The notes beneath the pieces are model-generated. The model saw nothing but the letters and a program-made list of their open reading frames with translations. It did not search any database and was not told where the DNA came from. This document shows positions 37,659 through 43,799 of a DNA stretch of 54,057 nucleotides, piece after piece. The position numbers and the translations under genes are program-made. Numbering within the stretch: the first letter of the stretch is position 1; every line of letters starts with the position of its first letter. Source of the stretch: a virus; IMG/VR virus record IMGVR_UViG_3300048588_000062; one strand, written 5' to 3'.

Positions 37659-37690
37659 TCATCGGCCACGGCGGATCCCGTGGCCGATGA
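37659..37690 (-). terminator. Stem-loop (12-bp stem)
   Basis: TCATCGGCCACG, loop gcggatcc, then CGTGGCCGATGA. It lies between the vWA stop and the SSB start. Confidence 0.4.
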
Positions 37691-37697
37691 GGTGGTG

Positions 37698-38627
37698 CTA
37701 GTAGGTGTAGGTCAACGAGGTCTGCGCCATGAGCAGCGGGCGTACCTCGTTGGCCAGCTGGCCCAGCACCTCACTGAGGTACGTGGGCCGATCCACCAGA
37801 CTGATGTCGAGCACCTGCTCGATGCTGCCGGTGCAATCACGCAACGCCGACTTGGCAGCCGGGCTGCTGTCGTAGTCGGCGATGCTCACGACAACGCCCC
37901 ACTCCGTGGAATCGAAGAGTGGTTTCAGCGTCTCGTAGTGTGTGCCGCCATACTCCGCGGCGTGCAGCACGGCCTGCTCGGAGAACTCACCCGGGTGCCA
38001 GTGCGTCGTGGTGTTACTGACGATGGCCAGGTGAGCGTCCGCCTCCCAGGACAGGGCGACAACGTCGCCGACCAGGGCACGGACTGTGTTCTCCGACATC
38101 GAACCCGACACGTCGAACACGATCAGGTTCGGCTTGGCCGGCGTGTGCTGGATGCGGGCCTTGTAGTCACCGATCGTGGCACGCTTCGCGTTCAGCGTGG
38201 CCAGCGTGGAGAACATCATCTGCCCGTGTTTACCGGGCAGTGTGCCCACCACGTTCTTCAACTTGTCGGCAACCTGTTGAATGGACGTGGCGATCTCCAC
38301 CTGCAACGACTGCCACAGTTCGGGAAGGATCTCCCCCTGCGGCCGGACGTCACGATCGAAGGCGATCAGACCGTCGAGCATCTCGGGCTGATAGCCCAGC
38401 TCCACGAGATAGTCCTGCAACTCGTGGCTGTGCGCACCACTGTCCTGGGTCAGTGCGTGCAGCACACTGTTCTCGCGGAACAGGGCGTACAGCAGGATGC
38501 CCAGTTCCTGTGCGTCGAACTTGAACAGCTTGGCGAAGAACAGTGCCGTCTCGATGTCGGGCAGCGTGCGCTTCAGGATCAGGCGAGGGAACACCAAGCC
38601 TGGTCGTATCGTGATGAGCTCATTCAT
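37698..38627 (-). CDS. von Willebrand factor A (vWA) domain protein
   Basis: MIDAS motif VFDVSGSMS, followed by the typical beta-alpha pattern. An 8-nt overlap couples it to the AAA+ gene. Confidence 0.75.
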   Translation of the reverse strand: MNELITIRPGLVFPRLILKRTLPDIETALFFAKLFKFDAQELGILLYALFRENSVLHALTQDSGAHSHELQDYLVELGYQPEMLDGLIAFDRDVRPQGEILPELWQSLQVEIATSIQQVADKLKNVVGTLPGKHGQMMFSTLATLNAKRATIGDYKARIQHTPAKPNLIVFDVSGSMSENTVRALVGDVVALSWEADAHLAIVSNTTTHWHPGEFSEQAVLHAAEYGGTHYETLKPLFDSTEWGVVVSIADYDSSPAAKSALRDCTGSIEQVLDISLVDRPTYLSEVLGQLANEVRPLLMAQTSLTYTY

Positions 38628-39552
38628 CTGGATCCTCCTCGGGATGGGTCATGGTTTCCTGCAGCTGGATGAGTTGCAGGTTCATCTTCAGGTTGAGCGC
38701 CTGAAGATGGTTGAGTTTCGGATTGCCGATCAGTCCTGTTGCCGCTGACTGATACCCGGCAGGGACGTTCTTGCCGTCGACCAGCAGCACGTACTGCGGC
38801 TTGGACTTGTGCATGGCCAGAGTGTTGTTGAGATCAATGACATCTCGCAGCATCCCTGGGTCCACCAACCGCATCTGCACCAGGCCGATCAGCTTGCGCA
38901 GACTCTGACCCTCGGGAGGATGAGGCTGCACTTTGACGCCCTTCTTGGTGAAGGCGTCGAGCACGGAGTACATCGGGAACACCTCAGTCTCGAGCAGTTC
39001 CAGAGTGTCCGGATGTGTCACCATCTCAGGCAGTAGGCCCAGTGATTCCACGAAGATCTTCAACAGCTTCTTCTGTTCGGCCTTCGACTTGCGAGGGTCG
39101 GGCACAGGCAGATGAATCAGCCTGTCCTCCAGTGCAGGGTCATAGGTGATGACACTGTTGGAGTTGCCCATGATGAACACCTTCGGCAGATGGAAGGCGC
39201 CAACCCTGCGAGAGGTGAAGATGTCCAACAGTGCGTTGTACACCTCGGGGAATCCCCGCAGGAACTCGTCCATCAACAGGATGTCGCCGTGTCTCAGGCT
39301 GGTCCAGAAGGTGGCCGGCAACATGCGAAGGACCATGTCCTCGCCGCTGCCGTGTGGCATCTGCACACCCTCGACCTCGAGAGGTGACAGCCGGCTGACG
39401 TTGAGGATGTGGAGATTCACGTCCAGCAAGTCGGCCAACTGTTCCGCACTGGTGGACTTACCACATCCAGGCGGGCCGACGACATGCGGCATAGGTGAGC
39501 GGACGTCGAACGCCATCGCCATCGTGTACAGTTTGAGCAGCTTCTCAAGCAT
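38620..39552 (-). CDS. MoxR-like AAA+ ATPase
   Basis: Walker A GPPGCGKST and Walker B ILLMDEF. 310 aa. SD AAGGAGAG. Confidence 0.8.
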   Translation of the reverse strand: MLEKLLKLYTMAMAFDVRSPMPHVVGPPGCGKSTSAEQLADLLDVNLHILNVSRLSPLEVEGVQMPHGSGEDMVLRMLPATFWTSLRHGDILLMDEFLRGFPEVYNALLDIFTSRRVGAFHLPKVFIMGNSNSVITYDPALEDRLIHLPVPDPRKSKAEQKKLLKIFVESLGLLPEMVTHPDTLELLETEVFPMYSVLDAFTKKGVKVQPHPPEGQSLRKLIGLVQMRLVDPGMLRDVIDLNNTLAMHKSKPQYVLLVDGKNVPAGYQSAATGLIGNPKLNHLQALNLKMNLQLIQLQETMTHPEEDPDE

Positions 39553-39576
39553 GACTCTCCTTGGGTGAGGTGAGAG

Positions 39577-39626
39577 GCAGCGACCCGAGACAGGTCATTG
39601 GTTGTGTCCCTGTCTCGGGTCGCTGC
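39577..39626 (-). promoter_or_regulatory. Conserved hairpin element E1 (18-bp perfect stem; loop contains GGTTGTGTCC)
   Basis: GCAGCGACCCGAGACAGG, a 14-nt loop, then CCTGTCTCGGGTCGCTGC. It is flanked by GGGTGAGGTGAGAG (39563-39576), immediately upstream of the AAA+ RBS. Confidence 0.55.
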
Positions 39627-39631
39627 ATGTC

Positions 39632-40021
39632 TCAGGACTTGATGGCGTCGAGCGTGGTCTCGTTGACCCAGATCAACATGCTGCCGTCCGTCTCTGCGAG
39701 CAGACGCAGCAGCACGCCGTCGTCATCGAGCGTGACACCCACGGTGGGTTCGCCCTCGGCACCCTCGTTGATGATGTAGGTACGCCAGTCGTTGCTGTCG
39801 TCCAGGTCCTCGGCGATCTCGTTGAGCACCTCGTTGAGCGGGGCCAGCATCTGTTCGATGACAGCGTCGACCTTCTCCGCCGCCTCCTGCTGACGCTTGG
39901 ACTGCTTGACCGCATCCCACACCGGAGACTTCAGGACCGTGCGGCCCTTGTCCCCGTTGATGTCGGTACCCGTGACGAGAACTCCACCGGACTGGAGTTC
40001 GGTTGTGGTGAATGATGGCAT
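39632..40021 (-). CDS. Hypothetical acidic protein (129 aa)
   Basis: ATG 40021 with AAGGAGG upstream; the longer track start at 40222 overlaps the upstream gene. Confidence 0.55.
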   Translation of the reverse strand: MPSFTTTELQSGGVLVTGTDINGDKGRTVLKSPVWDAVKQSKRQQEAAEKVDAVIEQMLAPLNEVLNEIAEDLDDSNDWRTYIINEGAEGEPTVGVTLDDDGVLLRLLAETDGSMLIWVNETTLDAIKS

Positions 40022-40040
40022 GTGATCCTCCTTGGATCGG

Positions 40041-40361
40041 TTAGGTGTACTGTCGCTGCGGTTTGATGAGGCCCCGCTGCCGGCCCTTGCGGTACAACTC
40101 AGCCAGCGACATCTCATGCCGGCTGTCGTTCTCCACCAGACGCACGTCGTCGTCGTCCGATGGACTTGTGGGGGTTCGCATCGAGTCCGCCAACTGTGCG
40201 AAGAGGTTGTCCTCGTAGTCACTGTGCAGTTGTTCGGGCGTCAACACCCGCGGCGGTTCCCTGTGCGAGGGATGCTTCGACATCGAGGCGGCCTGGCGAG
40301 CCAGGTCACTGAGTGTCAAAGCCTCGTGGAGTTGGCGGGGATGACGAGTGCTATCGGTCAT
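40041..40361 (-). CDS. Hypothetical protein (106 aa)
   Basis: ATG 40361 with GGAG upstream. Confidence 0.5.
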   Translation of the reverse strand: MTDSTRHPRQLHEALTLSDLARQAASMSKHPSHREPPRVLTPEQLHSDYEDNLFAQLADSMRTPTSPSDDDDVRLVENDSRHEMSLAELYRKGRQRGLIKPQRQYT

Positions 40362-40368
40362 CGTAGCC

Positions 40369-41175
40369 CTACTCCAACTTGCTCATGATCTCATCCAACG
40401 GGTCGTTGAAGTCGATCGAAGCGTACGCTGTGGCGAGCTCGTCGAACTGCGCACTCTCGATCAGATGAGCGATGCGCGTGTAGATCTCGCCAAGCAGTTG
40501 TTTGTCCGGGTCGAAGTGCCCGGTGTGGTAAAGCGCGGCCATGCGGTAACCCGTGATCAGGTCGTCGATGACTTCACTCATGTCGTACCCGTAGCCCTGG
40601 TACTTGGACAGGCGAGAGGCTTCCCGCAGTCCGTTGTACTGGCTGATGAAACCCTGCCGCCAGTTGCTGCGCTTGTTCGGCATCAGCGGCAGAGGGCCAT
40701 CGGGTTGCAGGTGCGGGAACAGATAGGGACGCATGTCCCTGCGTATCCCGGTCTCGATGTCGTAGCCGACACCGAGCAGGCCGAAGTCGAAGGACTCCAG
40801 CACCTGAGCCAGGCTGGTGGTCGGGTGTCCGTCCACCAGCTTGTAGACGATGTTCGTCTCCACGTTGTCCATCGAGTACATCCTCATCGAGTTGGTGTGC
40901 CAACCCTTGAGGCCGTACCGCTGCCACCTGAACCACACCCGATTGAAGCGGTCGTCCAGGTAGTAGCCCTGGTCGAGCAGTCGTTGGATGGTGATGAACA
41001 GGATGGGTTGCGACGGGACGAACACGTCGATGTCGTGGTACTGGTCGTGATCGTAGGCCTGGGCCGCCACACAGGAACCCGCGAGGAAGGCGGGTGTCCC
41101 GTGCAGCTGGCCCAGCACCTGGTCGATCGCGTCAGACGGTGTCGAGATCGGCAACTGCGTAGTCAGTGCTGTCAT
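40369..41175 (-). CDS. Pol-beta-superfamily nucleotidyltransferase (putative)
   Basis: I prefer the start at ATG 41175 (MTALTTQL...). LAGSCVAAQAYDHDQYHDIDVFV fits the hG[GS]-x(9-13)-D-h-D-h signature. A candidate third acidic residue lies in YSMDNVE. Confidence 0.55.
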   Translation of the reverse strand: MTALTTQLPISTPSDAIDQVLGQLHGTPAFLAGSCVAAQAYDHDQYHDIDVFVPSQPILFITIQRLLDQGYYLDDRFNRVWFRWQRYGLKGWHTNSMRMYSMDNVETNIVYKLVDGHPTTSLAQVLESFDFGLLGVGYDIETGIRRDMRPYLFPHLQPDGPLPLMPNKRSNWRQGFISQYNGLREASRLSKYQGYGYDMSEVIDDLITGYRMAALYHTGHFDPDKQLLGEIYTRIAHLIESAQFDELATAYASIDFNDPLDEIMSKLE

Positions 41176-41458
41176 CGGTCTGTTCCGTCTGTGCAGCCGA
41201 GGCCATGTCCGCCAGCTTCTCCTCGATCTCGAGGATCTGGGCGTCCAGCTTGGCCATCCGCTCGTTGTGCGCATCGTTGGCCGCGGCCATCCGAGTGGCG
41301 TGAGCGGAGTCCAGCTCCACCTGCTTGGCCTGCAGGTTGGTCAGCTTCTCACTGAGGGCGAGACGCTGCGCCTCCTGCTTCGCCGCGGCCTTGGCCTCGG
41401 CCTCGGCCAGTTGCGCCTTGAGCTTGGCGATGTACTCCATGTTGGTTGCGCGTGCCAT
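41132..41458 (-). CDS. Coiled-coil protein (108 aa)
   Basis: SD GAAAGGAAGG. The sequence is Ala/Lys/Glu-rich with heptad character. Confidence 0.55.
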   Translation of the reverse strand: MARATNMEYIAKLKAQLAEAEAKAAAKQEAQRLALSEKLTNLQAKQVELDSAHATRMAAANDAHNERMAKLDAQILEIEEKLADMASAAQTEQTDDSTDYAVADLDTV

Positions 41459-41500
41459 GCGGCACCTTCCTTTCTTGGATCCACCGGGTGAGGTGGGAGA

Positions 41501-41546
41501 GGCAGGCCAGGGTGGACACGGTTGTGTCCGGCTGCCCTGGCCTGCC
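41501..41546 (-). promoter_or_regulatory. Conserved hairpin element E2 (12-bp outer stem and 6-bp inner stem; contains GGTTGTGTCC)
   Basis: GGCAGGCCAGGG ... CCCTGGCCTGCC encloses GGACAC-ggtt-GTGTCC. It is flanked by GGGTGAGGTGGGAGA (41486-41500). Confidence 0.55.
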
Positions 41547-41585
41547 GACCGAGATGCAGGTGCATCCCGGCTACCTCGCTCATCA

Positions 41586-41694
41586 GGGCTGATTCAGCGA
41601 GGGTGTCAATGGGTCATGTCCCTGCATCGAGGGGCTGATTCAGCGAGGGTGTCAATGGGTCATGTCCCTGCATCGAGGGGCTGATTCAGCGAGG
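41586..41694. repeat. 46-bp tandem direct repeat, 2.4 copies, each with a CTGATTCAG palindrome
   Basis: Units 41586-41631 and 41632-41677 are identical, and 41678-41694 is a partial copy. The palindromes are at 41589, 41635 and 41681. Confidence 0.9.
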
Positions 41695-41859
41695 ACAACT
41701 AATGGCGCGACAAGGCTGTCTCGATTGACTCGTTGATGGTCGTGAGAATCAACCTTGCCGCATATGTGGGACGCACCTCTGTTGACGGGCTTGCCACTTC
41801 CCATCTCAACACGACTGGCGATCGTGTCCACTGTTCCATGACTGCACCCAGATGCAGAG

Positions 41860-42165
41860 TTAATCCGTGTGGATGTTGAACTCACGGATCGTTCTCAAGT
41901 TGGCCTTGACATAGTCCTTGTAGTGAGTGCGGCGAACTCTGTTGTATTCGTTCAGCCACTCTCGGTACACGGTGTCGAGGTTGAAAGCATGGTGCTCGCA
42001 ATATGTGATCGAACGGACAGTCTCGATACGTATTCCGACGATGCCAGGGTGATTGCAGTTGTCGAGGCTGCAGTCAGCCTTCCACTCAGGAACGTAGACC
42101 TCTGGTGGAGGAATGCTGACGAAGTGTTTGGCGACACTGTAGGGCGGAACTTCTGCGTACTTCAT
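41860..42165 (-). CDS. Small Cys/His-rich protein (101 aa)
   Basis: ATG 42165 with AGGAG 5 nt upstream. CSLDNCNH ... CEHH suggests metal binding. GC is lower than the genome average. Confidence 0.55.
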   Translation of the reverse strand: MKYAEVPPYSVAKHFVSIPPPEVYVPEWKADCSLDNCNHPGIVGIRIETVRSITYCEHHAFNLDTVYREWLNEYNRVRRTHYKDYVKANLRTIREFNIHTD

Positions 42166-42238
42166 GGCTTCTCCTGAGATGGGAGTGCCGCCGCTGCCGG
42201 CGGGGGAGCAAGCAGCAGCGGCGTCACGATTGTGGGTG

Positions 42239-42562
42239 TCAGGCATTCTGCCAGGTGATGCGGTCAGAGTCCGCGATCTGTTGTGACGAGTCGGTCAGCC
42301 AGTCAGCAGGTGAGGACGGGCGGTTGGCCCAGTACAGATCCTGTGTCAGGTCGGTGTCCTCGACAGGTGTGTCGGTGGACGGCACGACGATGAGGTCGAC
42401 GGAGTAGCCGGCCGCTTCGACAGTCTTGACGGCGCGGTCGAAACGACGGGACTTGTGCTTCATGTTCAGATCGCGGACGACGGAACGGATGACCGGGTGA
42501 AGGACCAGTCCGAGAGTGAAGGCGAGCAGCAGGGCTCCGATCGAGGTGAGGTTGAAAGTCAT
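42239..42562 (-). CDS. Membrane-anchored small protein (107 aa)
   Basis: ATG 42562 with AAGGAG 6 nt upstream. N-terminal TM span IGALLLAFTLGLVLHPVI. Confidence 0.55.
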   Translation of the reverse strand: MTFNLTSIGALLLAFTLGLVLHPVIRSVVRDLNMKHKSRRFDRAVKTVEAAGYSVDLIVVPSTDTPVEDTDLTQDLYWANRPSSPADWLTDSSQQIADSDRITWQNA

Positions 42563-42580
42563 TGCTTCTCCTTGAGTCAA

Positions 42581-42600
42581 GAGGAACGGTCACGTTCCTC
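42581..42600 (-). promoter_or_regulatory. Hairpin (8-bp stem, 4-nt loop)
   Basis: GAGGAACG-gtca-CGTTCCTC. Confidence 0.4.
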
Positions 42601-42638
42601 GCTTCTTAGCTTCAGCTTCTTAGCTTCAGCTTCTTACC
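42601..42638. repeat. 14-bp tandem repeat GCTTCTTAGCTTCA, 2.7 copies
   Basis: Direct reading: gcttcttagcttca gcttcttagcttca gcttcttacc. Confidence 0.9.
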
Positions 42639-42668
42639 CCTTATTGCAAACAGAGTTTGTATCTCAAG

Positions 42669-42704
42669 GTGTCCACGCATGGACACCCTGCCACGCATGG
42701 CAGG
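42669..42704. promoter_or_regulatory. Two abutting hairpins with an identical core CCACGCATGG and covarying lower stems
   Basis: GTGTCC-acgcat-GGACAC (42669-42686) and CCTGCC-acgcat-GGCAGG (42687-42704). A third hairpin, GTCTCA-cgct-TGAGAC, is at 42706-42721. Confidence 0.6.
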
Positions 42705-42806
42705 AGTCTCACGCTTGAGACAGGAGAGAGAGGTTGTAGAGGAGTTGATGTCTCAAGGAGATACGTGCTGTTGCAAGTGGGTTAGTAGCGGCTCACGTTG
42801 TGAGGG

Positions 42807-43136
42807 TTATCCGGTTGCCTGCTGTTGGAGTTGCTGCTCTGCCCAGTTGTTGATCCAGGTCTGGATGTGCCACGGAGAACCGGGCAGGAACAGAGGTCGT
42901 TCCCCTGTCTGTTGGGAGAAGTCGAGGACAGCGATGAGGAACAACTCGAAGGCGAACAGGTGATGGTCTCGACAGAGAGGAGTCTTCGCATCGAGTCGCC
43001 TTTCGCCGCAGATAGCGCAGCCGGTCTTCGCCTTGAAGCGTTGCCGTTGGTAGTGACGGACGCACTTGCCCAGCGCATAGTGACGCTCGTGACAACCCGC
43101 TTCTTCACAGGTCCGGGTACTGATGTGGTTAGCCAT
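42807..43136 (-). CDS. Zinc-finger-like Cys/His-rich protein, first gene after module R2 (DNA-binding candidate)
   Basis: CEEAGCHERHYALGKCVRHYQRQR resembles the C-x3-GC...G-x-C-x2-H-x2-R treble-clef unit seen in actinophage HNH or AP2-type DNA binders. A second unit is CAICGERRLDAKTPLCRDHH. SD is GAGGTAG. Confidence 0.55.
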   Translation of the reverse strand: MANHISTRTCEEAGCHERHYALGKCVRHYQRQRFKAKTGCAICGERRLDAKTPLCRDHHLFAFELFLIAVLDFSQQTGERPLFLPGSPWHIQTWINNWAEQQLQQQATG

Positions 43137-43213
43137 AGAACGATTCTACCTCGATAGTTCGAGGATGAATAGGACTATGAAGATGTCCACTATGTCCGAA
43201 TTGTCCCAGGTTT

Positions 43214-43332
43214 GTAGTCATGTAGTCACCTGTAGTCACCTGTTTCAAGACCCCTATACTAACTACTATATTCTTCCTTTCTTCTTCTATAAGGGAAGGA
43301 GAAAAAGGTGACTACGCTGACTACAGGACTAC
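43214..43332. promoter_or_regulatory. Regulatory module R2, an inverted copy of R1
   Basis: GTAGTCA is at 43214, 43222 and 43232. TGACTAC is at 43309 and 43318, with GGACTAC at 43326. Positions 43214-43266 match the reverse complement of 22713-22765 at about 51/56 positions. The module lies 78 nt upstream of the 43136 start on the minus strand. Confidence 0.7.
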
Positions 43333-43360
43333 AAATGTCCCTCTGACCAGGGGATTTGTT

Positions 43361-43411
43361 GTAGTCACCTGAAGTAGATTGCAGGTGACTACAGGTGACT
43401 ACACTGACTAC
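43361..43411. promoter_or_regulatory. Third heptamer cluster R2b: a 10-bp inverted repeat plus 3x TGACTAC
   Basis: GTAGTCACCT (43361-43370), a 12-nt spacer, then AGGTGACTAC (43383-43392). TGACTAC is at 43386, 43396 and 43405. This is a direct (same-strand) copy of 22738-22765. Confidence 0.65.
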
Positions 43412-43440
43412 GGCAAATCACTTCAGGTATTGGGAGAGAG

Positions 43441-43760
43441 GGTCTTCAGACCCAGGCCCATCTGCGACACCGTCTGACACTGGGGAGTGCAGAGGGCAAG
43501 GCGACGTAGGCGTCGAACACAACACCGTGTCCTGGTTGTTGAACGGATACGGGGTTCACGCCGTATAGCGCGTGAGCGTGTGGAAGGTAGGAAGCGTTCA
43601 CGCAAACACATACACACGCCTGTGACTCGTCTAGTTGGGCCGGTCGCTCAGTAGCCTGAGCGCAAGCGTCACGCGACTAGACGAGTAAGTGGTGTTGTCT
43701 GGTGTCGTTAGTCGTCAACACAGACGTGTGTAAAGAAAGCGTGAACGCAGTAAAGAAGAG
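43441..43760. other. Densely structured non-coding stretch (ncRNA or leader candidate; strand unresolved)
   Basis: No ORF here has credible codon bias. There are at least seven local stem-loops. Examples: CGACG-tagg-CGTCG (43502-43515); ATACGG-n8-CCGTAT (43547-43566); an 11-bp stem 43625-35 / 43676-86 enclosing CGCTCAG-tagc-CTGAGCG (43645-43662). A 10-nt long-range complement joins 43595-43604 to 43739-43748. Confidence 0.35.
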
Positions 43761-43799
43761 TGAGGACCGAAGCGTTGGCTTCGATCCCCACTCAGAGAG

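Noticed and set aside
41586-41694. Possible CRISPR array (repeated 46-bp units)
   Set aside because: The units are directly adjacent with no spacers, there are only 2.4 copies, and there are no cas genes. It is a plain tandem repeat.
41652-41885. Track ORF 41652..41885(-) (77 aa) in the long intergenic gap
   Set aside because: Its start lies inside gene 41860..42165 in another frame. It has low GC3 and a weak RBS. Its C-terminus is encoded by the 46-bp tandem repeat.
22649-43332. The inverted repeats R1 and R2 as terminal inverted repeats of a protein-primed linear genome, or as the ends of an invertible 20.6-kb segment
   Set aside because: In the circular map the two copies are 20.6 kb and 33.3 kb apart rather than adjacent. 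The polymerase is family A, not a protein-primed family B enzyme. I recognise no terminal-protein or recombinase gene. Their identical polarity relative to the downstream operons fits promoter or operator function better. Inversion by homologous recombination cannot be excluded, but nothing here supports it.
43765-43795. tRNA-like T-arm (GGCTTCGATCCCC resembles GGTTCGAATCC)
   Set aside because: I could not build a 5-bp T-stem, an acceptor stem or an anticodon arm on either strand around it.
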